Source: Pavona decussata
Taxonomy: Eukaryota
Direction of reading: 5' to 3'
Length of the DNA stretch: 64,000 nucleotides
NCBI GenBank assembly: GCA_977016875.1
Contig: CDRNST010000053.1
Span: 248,001 to 312,000, forward strand
In this document: one piece after another, positions 1 to 12,400 of the stretch
Layout of the letters: each line of letters starts with the position of its first letter
How positions within the stretch are numbered: position 1 is the first letter of the stretch
Translations under genes and position numbers: made by a program
The notes under the pieces: model-generated
Told to the model about the DNA's origin: nothing
Databases searched by the model: none
Seen by the model: the letters and a program-made list of their open reading frames with translations, nothing else

Positions 1-186
1 AGTGACAGGTTTTGTGTGAGTGGATTCCAACACAAAATGTTCTTGTAATTGACTTCGTATTGTTGTTTGTTGTTGTTTCTGTTGTAGTTTTATTTTATTT
101 AATTAACTAGTATTACGTGTTTTTTTCCTTTGTAATTGTTAAAATTGTGTAATAATCAATAAAAATTAACAAAAAAATATATATAT

Positions 187-1715
187 ATCAAACCGCGATG
201 ACTAACACCTTCCATGGCAACCTCGTGTCTTTGTTCAGATAATGCCTAGGTTACAATGATTCATAATATTTTACAAGCAAGTGCTTTTCTCAACGGAGAG
301 TAGGAGTTCCTTAATCTCTGCTGAGGGTCTTTTAAGGACTTCAGTTACTTGAGTTGAAGCTAGCAAGAGGCTCATCGAGCAACCGATTGTATGAGGATCT
401 CAGATAGAGATGCGAGTCAAGCGAGTTGTTATATCACAGTCTAAATTTTATTATAAGGTTGTCTAAATTTCTACCTTCGACAACTTTCAGCTATTCACTC
501 CAGCGCGTAACGTATGTTTTGCAATTTGCAACACAATGCTCCCGTGAATAGGTCAAAAGGGAAGCCTATCTGATGCCGTAATTGGATGGCGTCATGCGCG
601 AATAAACAATTTACATCAAAGTGGTAGTCATACCCCTTGCCCACGCACGAAGGAAAAAAATTCATACAATCATGTTTTGGGCGCGTTTTCGATGTCGATG
701 AAATTATCAAATACGCTTTAAGTAAAAAAAAAAATGGAACTAATATAAACTATAGCAAGATTAGGGAGTGCGTTCAATGATCTCGATGCTAGGCTCTCTC
801 TTCTTTGCGAAGCTAGTGATGATGTCATTTGCCCCTGCAAAATCTGCAGGGTTTGCCAGAAACGCACCCCAAGATCCATTTATTAGTTGATTGTCCAATA
901 CAATCTCGACTCCAAACGCAGTTAGGGGTGCGTTCTTTCTACGACAAATGCAATACAAACATCCTATGAATACTTTAATAAAATTAGACTCGCTCATTGG
1001 ATATGATCAGCCACTGGTCAAGTGTTGCACTGTTAACTAGTAGGAGGCAGCGATGGATTGATCAACCATGAAGTAAACTGTCTGCGTCATATCCAAAAAC
1101 AATAAGTTATCTTTGTCATGAGAGATTGCTTTGGAACTAACTAAACATTTGTCAGTTTGTTCCGTGGTGTACGTTATATTAATGAATAAAGTTTATTTCT
1201 ATGTATCGTCTAATTTAAACTTAAATGATACTCGTTGATGCGGAGACCTGATAGATATCTTCAACTGAGCAAAATCTTGCCACCAGTATTAAAGCACAAA
1301 ACACATCGAGTGCACATGTACAGTGATTTAATCCATTTTTCTTTTTATGTTTTTTTTCATTCTCATTGTGAAAAACATATCCAACGAAAGCACACGTTTA
1401 GCCTCGCGTGTTCCCTCCAAGCTGATTAAATCGCTTATCGATAGCATCTGACTATGTTTAATTAACTAATCAAGCGCAAGACGCAGTGCTTGCATTGGTT
1501 CGTCTGTGTTAATTTGGTGTAGTCTGTCTGCTTCTGTTAGCAGTAGTGCAAGGGACGGCCATGTGAACCAGACCGAGATCAGTTCTTGCAATTGTGGTAA
1601 AATAGTTATTTCCTTCGTCTAAAAAGTTATTGCTGACCTGTCTGTTTTGAGAAACACATAATGGTTGTTTATCAGTCGAGAAGCCAACCTTTGTCTTTTC
1701 TCAATCATCACTGTT
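187..1715. repeat. Dispersed, more diverged copy of the 2.09-kb unit, same orientation, with an internal deletion
   Basis: Colinear similarity to 61111-62990, e.g. ggatctcagatagagatgcgagtca and gctgattaaatcgcttatcgata. Confidence 0.9.
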
Positions 1716-2120
1716 TTGTAGTTAAAATGACCACTGTTTATTTTGCGGGATGTCCTGGGGCAGACCGCTTCAAGGTTCGGCCGAGTAACTTTATTTTTCT
1801 TCATCGTAGTAATTACGCGCGATTCCCTGGGCATGGGGCAGACCGCGTCAAAGTTTCGCTTGCGTTCCTTTTTTTTTTTCGTCGTCCTATTCCTTTTTCC
1901 ACCGTAGACACAAATTGTAATGAATAAATTAATTAAACATTGATTAAACCCTGTTCTCTCGTAGAAGGGAGATTTTTGTCATTTATTGATCTCACTGTTA
2001 CGTGGGATGCCCTTGGCCAGACCTCGTCAAGGTCTCGGTGGGGTATGCTTTTTTTCTTCTTCTTCTTCTTCTTCATCGTATTCTCAAATTGTAAATTCTA
2101 TTAGTTAAGTTATTTATCAG

Positions 2121-2359
2121 GCCCCGGTTGTTCAAAGAGCGGATAACTTTATTCAGTGGATAAGTTGCTATCCAGCGGATGAAATGTACTACAACAAAAG
2201 CTTTTGGCAAGTTTTTCACACAATCCCACTTATATTAGACAGATGCTTCTACTTTATACACAAATTATAGGGCTATAGGGAAATTCTGGCACACATTTTA
2301 TCTGCGGCATAGCGACCTATCCAGTGGATAAAATTATCCGCTCTTTGAACAACTGATGC
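2121..2359. mobile_element. MITE (Harbinger-like, CAG duplication)
   Basis: TIR gccccggttgttcaaagagcggataa / ttatccgctctttgaacaactgatgc. Confidence 0.8.
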
Positions 2360-4825
2360 CAGATGTGGATTAAACTCTCTTCTTCCCTAGAAGGGATGTT
2401 TTGGTCTTCTATCAATACAATTGCCTGTAGCAAGCACGTCCCAATCAGAACCATTTTCTGCGCTTATATTTCCTAGTGGGGCCTAGAAAGGAAAGAATTT
2501 TTCCAGTGAAAGATTCAATCAGTCAGTCAATCAGGTCAATGTGACGTCATAATGACATAATTCGTGATAAATACGTGTCATAGCACGACAAATGCTAAGT
2601 TTAAAAAAAAAATAAAATTTCGATTTTATGCAACTTTGTCTTTTCTTCGTTACGATATTTTTTATTGTTTTCACGTTTAAATACCCCTAAAGTTTGACCA
2701 TATATGGTCATGTGGGGGAAAGTTGAATTTCTTTAATTAGCTGTAACTTTACTCTTCTTATCCGATTGAAATGGAGTTTTCACCAGAAATCATAGAATTC
2801 TATACCGAATACAGCAAAATACAGCGATTTTCACATTATTTTCCTGAATTTTTATTTGGACATAATTTATGACCTCACAATAGCAGTCAAATAGAATGAA
2901 ATAATAACCAATTGCTAGGTGTAATTTGTTCACCTACTTACCTTCTATGCCTCGTAGAATATTCGATGTATTCTACTTTTGTCTATAGTCTATAACTCTC
3001 AGTATTGAGAGGTGAGGGAGGAAAAACCCAACCAACCGACCATCGTGGAAAGTTTTAACTTTTTTAGCAGTGAAAAGGGTTTTGAAAATATATTGCACGT
3101 TAAGTGTGATCCCCTGACTAGAGATGTAATTACTGGGAGTTTCAGTAATCAAGAAATGGACTTTAGGTAATCACAATATGAAGGGGAAAATTAATTTAGT
3201 CAACTCCGCTAACAAGCAATTTCTAAGGCCCATGTTTCCATGAGTAATGAGCTGATTCTACCTCGGAAAAGAGTGGTTTGCGGCCAATTTTGGCGCATAA
3301 TACGCTGTGAATTGCTTGCATTGATACAATCCTCCGTGAAGCTGTAAATTTTCTTTCTTCTGAAGCAAGTGATGGCAGCTGATCGCGAATTACATCGTGA
3401 ATTTCAAGGAGAAATCACCCCTTGTGGATCCATGTTCCCTTCGAATTTGGGACCCCTAAATTAAAGCTGTTCGTCAATGGTATTGAAATGAGAGCACGGA
3501 GTACCACTGACGATAAATAGACTTGCAAGCTGCAAGAAAAGGTTCAGACGTCTAGAACTTTGTACAGTTGGAATGATTTGTAGTAAGCAACGACTCCTTC
3601 AACTTAAGTCAAAAAGTGGAGAATTTGACAAAACCGGAAAGTAAGCTTTACTTTGCTTGAAATTGTTTAAACAACAACGGTCATTAAGAGATGGATTTAT
3701 CAGAAATTTAACCAGTACGCAATATACAAAGCCGTTTCAGTCTGTTTAAGTTTTACTGGCAAATCAACGGGTTCAGTTGTTATGGCAAAACGCGGGAAAT
3801 CCGCTTTTTTCTTTTTTGCCCTAGGAATAAAATTAGTCGGCCCCGCAGAAACTTTTAACAGATTTATTAACAAAAATGTCCACTGTAATCTAGCAATATA
3901 GTCTCATTTCTAGAACTGACTTACCTTTTGAGAAAGTCAAGAAAATATGTTGCCTGTTTTACCCATCAATTAAAATGGCCGAAACACTGTCTACTTCATT
4001 GACCGTTTAATTTATTTGCAAATGATAAAACCAAAAGCCCCATTTTTTGGAAAGTCGAATAAATGTTTTAACTCTGGTGTAAGTCTTAAGTTGTAGTGTA
4101 TTAACAGACGTAAGAAATAGTGTCTTACATTTGGCACTTTTCACAGCAGGTTCCGAGTTCAAAATTGGAGTTTGTCGTGCCAACAAACATCTGATGTTAC
4201 CATGGCAACAATGAAGTTAGGACGTCAATAAATGGCCCTCCCGAAGATCTATTTGCATGCCAGATTTGAGAGGGGGCTCAAAAATTTTCATTTCCCACTT
4301 TGTTGATTTTTACAGAGAAGTGTTCTTTAAAATAAGCTAATTTTTTCAACAAACAAAACGTCAAATCTGAAAGACGTTTAAAGCCTGGCAGATTGTATTT
4401 TGTTTATTTGTGTAAACACGTCCATTCTTTCCAGTTGTCTGTGGAACTCTTATACAAACCCCTGAGGTAAGATTTTGTTATCTAATTTTTAAATGCTCAG
4501 TCCCGAACAAACTCCACGTCCAAAGTCCAGTGGATGAAGATTCATACAGGTTCTGACTCGATCAGTTCTCAAACTTCCATTGTTTCAGCCTAGTACGTTG
4601 GCGCTCTTTTCATGCTCCGCTTGGCAGGAATTTGCCCGTAATGCGTACGTCTCGCTCGCCTGTGAGAGGAAAAGAACGCTTTGACCACGTTTGTAGTCCA
4701 CGTTTAGCAGAAAATATGCTCGAGTGTTTTAAATTTTCTGAAAGCCGCAGAGTCACCACTCTCTCACTTTTGACGTATAAAATTCCGCTTGAAAGTCAAT
4801 ATATGAAAATTCATAAAATAAAACC

Positions 4826-4935
4826 CCAGCTCCCAGTTGTCTTTAATAGCTCAATTGGTAGAGCACTGCACCGGCATCACATAGGCCCGTTTAAACCTGA
4901 ATTTTGTTCAGGCTTTCTTTTCGCATATCTGTGAT
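4826..4935 (+). mobile_element. Degenerate copy of the same tRNA-derived SINE
   Basis: ccagctcccagttg..tagctcaattggtagagcactgcaccgg..cctgaattttgttcaggc; B-box deleted. Confidence 0.6.
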
Positions 4936-5311
4936 GGCCATTCACCTATGTATTCAAATTCTGCTTACCTAGATTGAAAATATCAGTGAAAGATATAAGA
5001 GATTATCGTAGTCATGTGCGCAGTTTGAGCAGTTGCGATTTTTTTTTTCAGGTTTTCATTTCCCAGCCGCCCAAGTTGTTTACATAACCTGCGATTTTCC
5101 GCTTAGCAGCTATGTTTGTTCATTTAGAAGTAAATTAAAGTAAAACAGAAATTGCCTTTTTTTTTTTCATCACTATTTTTTGGTGGTTATGTAGGGATCT
5201 GATATTAAGAACCTGCCACCCTACCCCCAGTAACCATCTTGTTATTTTTGAAGTTGGAGCAAACATTTAATAGTTTTAAGACTGTCGAGTATAATAATCC
5301 TTCCGGTTACA

Positions 5312-5475
5312 TAACAAATCGAAGGCAGTTTTCTATGGTCTATACTCTTATAGACCATACAATGACGTCATAACATGTTCAAAACTCAAATGGAACCGCA
5401 AAGTTTTGAATATGTTATGACGTCATTGTATGGTCAATTAGAGTTTAGACCATAGAAAACTGCGGTCGATTTGTT
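5312..5475. repeat. Long imperfect hairpin within an interspersed repeat
   Basis: acaaatcga..ttttctatggtc..catacaatgacgtcataacat versus atgttatgacgtcattgtatgg..gaccatagaaaa..tcgatttgt. Confidence 0.75.
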
Positions 5476-6334
5476 TTTTTAACAATAACATGAAAAAACT
5501 GCCAGCGGAATTGGCTTTGTTTTTCGTTGAGAAAGCGCGCGCGTTACATCTGATGTCATTTTCATTGTCTGTACTCTTATAGACAATAGCTACAAGCCAA
5601 TCAGCGCGCGGGAATTTTGACAGTTATTGTAAGAAGCGTATTGCTTGAAACGGTATTGCCCTAGTTTAAACAAATTGACCAAAGATAACTAATACAAATT
5701 GCTCTTTCTATGAATTAGTCTTTCCATCGCATGTTGCATTTGTTCTGTCATTTAAAACGTTTTGCACCTTTTTAGCTGAAGTGTAAAAAATAAGAAGATC
5801 TAAGAAATGTAAGGTTGAAGACAACAGGCTAAATAACGATAATGTCATTATTGAAAAGAAAGTTTATTATGAGCCACTTCCTAAATTTCCTCTTAGAACC
5901 ACAGTTAGCACTCAGTTATTTCCGTAAAAGTAATTTAATCCATATGTTGAAGTTCAAGTTTCAAGTTTATAATTACCAAAAGAATTGAAATTACAAGTGT
6001 AATAATGATAAAATAAAGGTGGCGAGGAAACCCACAAGAAACGACAAGGCTTTTAAAGAATGGGCTCCCTCTATCATATGTTATTCGCATCTCTGAGTTT
6101 TACGAAGAGTTTTAATTGAGCGTTGCAATAATTCACACTTTCTGAGTTACCCTGTTATAGTTGTAGTCCCTGTTCTCCTTAATTCAGAGGCTGAAAATTC
6201 TGAAACGAAACAAAAATTGCATACCGTACAATTAGTAAGCGTGAAAAAATTTCTTCCTTTATGTAACGGACGGAAATTTAACTCGACTGGTGGTTTGTTT
6301 TTGCTTCTTGTGCCTATGGACGCAGCAAGGAATG

Positions 6335-6965
6335 GTCACCTTATTTATAAGGCTGTAATTCAACCCCATTTCGATTATTTGCAGCGTTGTCTGGGGATAC
6401 TGTGGCATGAAATTAGCTGACAAACTTTAAAAGCTCCATAATTGCCCAGTACGGACCCTAACTTTCTCAAATTATGACACTGATGCTACTAAACTGTTTG
6501 AAAGATTAAACTGGGAAAATCTCAGCACTCAGCTTGACATACAAAAAGCCATAATGATTTTTAGGTCTCTTAACAATCTTACCCTAGAATACCCAGGGTC
6601 CAAGTTTACAAATCGATCCATGACTACTCCTTATACTTTCCGAGATTCTGTAAACAAACTATCCATTCCACTCCCACGAATAAACTACCTTCGAAATAGT
6701 TTTAGCTACAGTGGTGCTGTCCTATGGAATAGTCTTCCTCAAAACTTAAGGCAAACAGAATCTCTGAGTAATTTCAAAACACTTTTAAACAAACACTACA
6801 GGAAAAATAAGGAACGGCATTCATAGAAAACAGGTTTCTATTAGAATAATTAACATTGTAATTGGCATAATATTTATATGATGTATTTTAGACTTAGATA
6901 TTAACATTTTATACTTCTGTACATTTTTAGACCTGATGAATTTTTTAAGTGTATAAATAAAGATT
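6335..6965 (+). mobile_element. 5'-truncated CR1/L2-group LINE 3' end
   Basis: IYKAVIQPHFDY, PLPRINYLRNSFSYSGAVLWNSLP, then 3' UTR ending aataaagattactta. Confidence 0.85.
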
Positions 6966-9357
6966 ACTTACTAGTCACGTGACCAGTGCGCCTCACCTTG
7001 ACACTTTCACAGGTTTTACAGCGTTCTTGTATTTGTGTTCTTTCAGTGAGTGGTAGTAACTTCACGCCAAAGAGATGTCTATAACAATGAAGGAAAAAGA
7101 AAAGAAATGAGGAAAAAATTAAATCAGAACTATGGCGAAGTCGTGAAAATGTACCGCGCTGCCGGTTTATACAGTGTATATTGACTCCGATTCCCATAAA
7201 ATGTAGTCAAAAGGGACATTACCACCCCTCCACTCCCCTCCAAATAGGATAGGAGTGCCCTTAAGAGTAAAGCATTTGAGAGAACACGGAAGGCCAGGAG
7301 CCCGAGAAAGGTGCTCGGACTCTCTTAACAGGACAAAAGGATACGCTTATTCTGGTTCAAGATAGCATCCATTCTTTGTGCAGCAAAGAGAGAGAAAATG
7401 GTACACCTGATTAACAAGTCTATCAATAGTGATCGGAAATGACCACTAGGGCCGCCAAATGCCTGTCAATTGCCCCAAGGTATTGTAGGTAACCCTTAAA
7501 TACAATCAGGATCTCCCATGTATATTATTTCCTTGAGTCGAGCCTCTCCCGAGCAGATTTATTCAATTTTTTAGAACTGCTCTTCCGTGATTAAACAGCC
7601 ACACAAGTACAAGGATCAAAAGCGGACTGCCGACCTCTGGATCTCGAGTCCGAGTTTGCTACGATCAGAAAAGCACGCCTCCCAATTTTTTTTCTATGTA
7701 CTATACTAGTGATGATTTCTCAATTCTCAATTCCTTTTATCAGCTACCTGCAAAGAAAAAAATACATTTTTATGAGCATGAGAAAATGGCGATAAATGAT
7801 GCACTCACTAAAAGACAAAGAGCAAACGCTCAAAACGTCAGCAAATTACCAAATTACTTGAAATTATACTATCAACTCGGTTGAGAAAACCAAACATTCA
7901 TAACAAGTAAATGATATGGTTGCTTTAAAAGAGAGACCTGACGATAGAGGAAAGTTAAGGTGATTAAACAAAGAGATAATTCCGAAAATTCCATCCAATT
8001 CGTTATCCGTGCATACAAAAGAAATAGTTTAACAATGACACTGAAAACAAGAGCATAAATTACCGATCTACAAAGTGACTGATGAATAACTTAACATGTA
8101 ATATACTTAATAACTTGCACCTTTTCACATGTGTTCGCATTGTTATAGTAAATGTGCAATAATTAACCCTGTTATAGATATAAGTATTCGAACGGAAAAT
8201 TTGGAAGACATTTTCGAATTACTACGCACAGGGGCGGATACAGAAAATCCAGAAAGAGGGCACCGAAGAAATTGTGGCCAATGTGCATGTGTATACATAG
8301 TCTCTCGTAATGAGTTGTAGCTTTTTTTATTAAATTTTTAATGCCTGATGTATTTAGCGTGTTTTTAAATAAAGATGATGATGATCGAGAACACAATATG
8401 TTGCATTTTAGTCATTTACAGTTTGTAAATAACCTAAATGAACAGAGATTAAAAGCTTACATTTACAATTCTCAGACTGTATAATGTAAACTTTTGAAGA
8501 CGTGTTTAATAAACAGACCGAACTGCTTAACATATTCGATTCCGAACAATTCCATTTAGAGGTTTTGCTTGGCAAAACTCAAAATGTTGTGGGATTTTTG
8601 GACTTGAGCCTTTGATTCCATACTTTTTAAAAAAAATCACAAAAGGCCTTGCGTCCAGAACACTGCGGTTGAATTCAAGTCTTTGAAGCTTGAAATTCAA
8701 CACTGAAAAATCTCTACAGTTGAATACAGTGCTTTTGCGTTACTATAAAAGCCTGCATTCAAACTGAGGTCTTGAAATATCACTCAAACTTAAGTTTTCT
8801 GAATCTTAAATTCGAGGTTTAATTAAGAGAGGAGTTCAAGACTTTCCTGATCAGGGAGAAATCTTGTATTCCTAATTCATGATCAGATTGTATTACATTA
8901 AACTTGCGATTTGGTTTGGCAAGTGTAATACATAAAAAAGCCATCCGCAAGTTCCCATAAAGCTGAATTAAGTGTGAAAATATTAAACAAGCGTGCACTT
9001 TGTTAGAGCACTGAATATAGTCATACAAGCCGTGCAAATTCGGTTAAACCAGTCAAGCGTCCCTTAGCCATTTGGCTTTTCTATACGCGCAAGCAAACAT
9101 TAAACAAAGGCACTTATAAAGGCATGAAAAATTCAGTTACACTAAACGACTTTAAAGAAAAAAAATGAAAATTTTGATAAAGTCAAAACAGGTACAACAT
9201 TAATAACGTTTGTCTGACCAGCAAGAACTGTCTTGTCATACACAGCCATTCGAACGTCTTATGCGCATGCGTGATTTGCTCTAGTTAGTCAATGCAGAAA
9301 ACAAGGAATATCTAGTTGAGAAGAAAACAAACAAATTAAGGGCTATCAAACACTTAC

Positions 9358-9402
9358 ATGTTGTCGGTGTTATCCTTGATGCAGTGGTGGGTGATGATGG
9401 CT
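9358..9402 (-). CDS. Coding exon 12: Pro/Thr stalk micro-exon (EPSSPTTASRITPTT)
   Basis: 45 nt, long pyrimidine tract ending in acaacag, donor gtaagt. Confidence 0.72.
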
Positions 9403-12400
9403 CTGTTGTGACAAAAGTAGGGAAGGTAAGGTAAAGACTAAGTGTCCCACACCGCCGGAACATAACCCACCACCCAAAGTTGCTAGACATCATCCGCGCG
9501 TCATAATTCCCCCTCTATATATCCTCTTTAGCGCATTTCATACAAACTCCCACAAACAACATTGGTATAGAAAATGAAAGCTTTGAATGTTTTTCTGTAC
9601 GTAAAGCTGAATCAAGACATTGTAACCAGTGAATCACGTCTAAAAAACCCAGATGCAGCGACACTTTTTGCGTAAGAAAATGTTCTATTAACGGAAGAAG
9701 TGGTTGCACTATGAGACGTTTTCAATGTGGGACAAGACATGAAAGCGGCTGGAGGTAGAGCAAGCCTGCGAGATGAACGAAAACGCACTCTTCTACTCTT
9801 CTTTGTAAAACGGAACTAGATGCAGATAAAGCATATACATCATCATGACGCAAATTAGGAAAAATAATACGCAGTTTTCTCTCCTTGATCCCATGCCATA
9901 AAGAATACAGTCAACGACAAAGCTAGAAACCCCATTGCATATTCTGTGGTATGCAACGGGTAGTATTCCACGAAAAAATTCTGACGTTCCTCGCGGCCTA
10001 AAAATTTTTCCCGCCGAAAGATTAATTGAGGAGCCCGTGACAGGTGAAAATTTTCATTCAGAAAATTTTACTGTCAACAACTAAAACATGGAAGAAGAAT
10101 ACCCCAGTTTTGGCCTTAATTTTAAATTCCTGGAACCAGACGTCGAGCAGGAAAGTTAATTCACTGAGTGCCATGGGATAAATTAGTTATGCAGTGATTT
10201 CTCGTGATATACCGCAACAGTCCCACTCGTTACTTGATTTTTCTTTGTATACACACTCGCCTAAAGGCTCATGTGTATGATGAAAAAAAATCAAGTCACT
10301 CGTGGGATATTTCACGGTATATTAGTCGAAAGCATTGCATAACTAGTATGTACAGCACATTTACCGATCAAAGAGAGCGTAACTGGAAACAGTTAGTTCT
10401 CCGAGACATTGTATGCTAAGATAATACCAAAGACCCTAAAGACCTGGGGAGGCCCTAAGCTTGTCAGTATTTGTCAGTAACACTTCTCACCTGCAGTGTT
10501 TGTACTGGTTGATTTTAGCAGTTCTTCCACAGTTATCTCCCCTGTCAGCCTGTATCCCAGATTTCCAGTGCTGTTAGCTTCTGTTAAGACGCCAACAACG
10601 TTATCTTCAGTAGCATTTGAAGATTTCTGCACCACAATGTCAAAATCTACCACCACACTTCCACTTGAAAGCTTTTTGACGTCAACGCGCTCAAAATTTG
10701 ACAGTTGTGCAAGGAAGATAGGTTCTACGTTTCTCTTAAAATTTGAAATAAAGGCACGAGATTCTTCCGAGTTGAGGTTGACATAAGCAGACTTGTAAAT
10801 TTCATCCACGCTAATTGTTGCTCTAAACTTCTTCTCAGGAGGTGTTTCTACAAAGGAGACAACAGAATCTGATTGTTAGTAATTAAGGTCTTTGCCTCCT
10901 TTTATTACTGCTGCTCAAATACTTTCTGCGCATTTACTGGTTTCCGTGCGAGGTCAGTTACACCAGCTAAGCACGTTTTATGCGGTTGTCTAACTGCCAT
11001 AAATCTTTTTCTGAAACTAAATCTCAAAAATGGAAAACTTTGGTCTCTGCCTCCATCAGCATGCAACCGAGATGCAAAGAATATCGTTTGCTATCTACTA
11101 TGAGGACGTTCCGGAGCTTTCTCGATTCAAAAGTTTGGAAAGGAATAAATTGTCACTTGGCTAGATGAGTCAGGAACCTTGAAAATAGCACTTCGTTCTT
11201 GCCTGTCAGAAATTATCTTTGTTATGTATAAAAAGTTTCGCAACAGAAATGGTTTCCGTGCATGAGTGATTACACGAGGTGGACACGTTTTTCTATCTTT
11301 ATGTTACTGCCAAACTCACGTGAAGAACGTAAAAATGGAAAACTCTGAGAAACTCGTAAAATGGAAACTTCGCTCTCAGCTCTGATGAGCAATATGCGAT
11401 AAGGCTTCCTTAATGCAACTACTATTGAACGTATATTAAAATCGATGATATTGTTTTTCCTCCCTTTTTTCAGTTTAAACTGCATTTACAGGCGCCACAT
11501 TAGTTTATTTCTACATAGTATGCATACTATGTAGAAATAAACTAATCTAATAGAAGAGATGAGTTTTGCGCCAAAACTCTCGAAAGAAGTCTATTTCATT
11601 TTCAAAATGACCGGTCCGATCGGCCAGTTCGGACTTTTGGGAAGCACCCTTAGTTGAGGATGAAAGTGCCCAGTTCAGTTTTCTATACTCTGCACATTGC
11701 TCTATTAATTTGCGACAAGACCGCAAGGTCTTTTTCTTTGTATCGCCTGATTTTCCTTCCTAGTGCTAACGTTCATTTGGAAATTCATAGGTTCACCTCG
11801 CCACTAAAACTTTTGCTGTAGAGGTTAGTTTTTTGGTTCAACATTTCTGTTATTAGTGCTGCACGTCGCAGCATTCACTGCACGTTTTGAATATTAACGA
11901 TTGTTACTGCCACAGTTCTTGTACGTACTGACTCAGCAAGTAAGACTGATCTATGGTTATCACTTACTGGTTGGAACAGTGTCAGACTTCACTTGAAAGT
12001 AATTTGCTTTGAATCCGCGGAACCAGTTGGTTAAATTAGAATCGGAGACAAACACTACCTCCAGGGTCTCACCAAACGAATGAATTGTTATACTTGTATT
12101 CAATAGATTTCCACACATCCGTCCACTAGAGGTACCGTTAGAATAGGAACCATTGATAATTTCCAGATAATCACACGTACAAAGAACTCCGCACTGTTGT
12201 ATCTGTAAATATGCTATGGTCAAGACAACCCGTTGGCCTTCTCTTGCTGTAATTTTCCAGCTGCAGGCCTGGTTGCCTGGGTAACCTCTCGGGTAGAAAG
12301 GACTGGTGATGACTCCTGCTGTCTCATTCAGGATCATCGACCTTGGACACACTGCAGAACAACACAAATGAGACTAAGTTTTTATAAAAAAGTTAGAGAC

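Noticed and set aside
109-117. TAGTATTAC circovirus-like nonanucleotide
   Set aside because: No flanking stem; it sits in an AT-rich LINE-like tail outside the 2.09-kb unit.
4845-4900. tRNA gene (also 40315-40375)
   Set aside because: No complete cloverleaf; embedded in SINE-like flanks.
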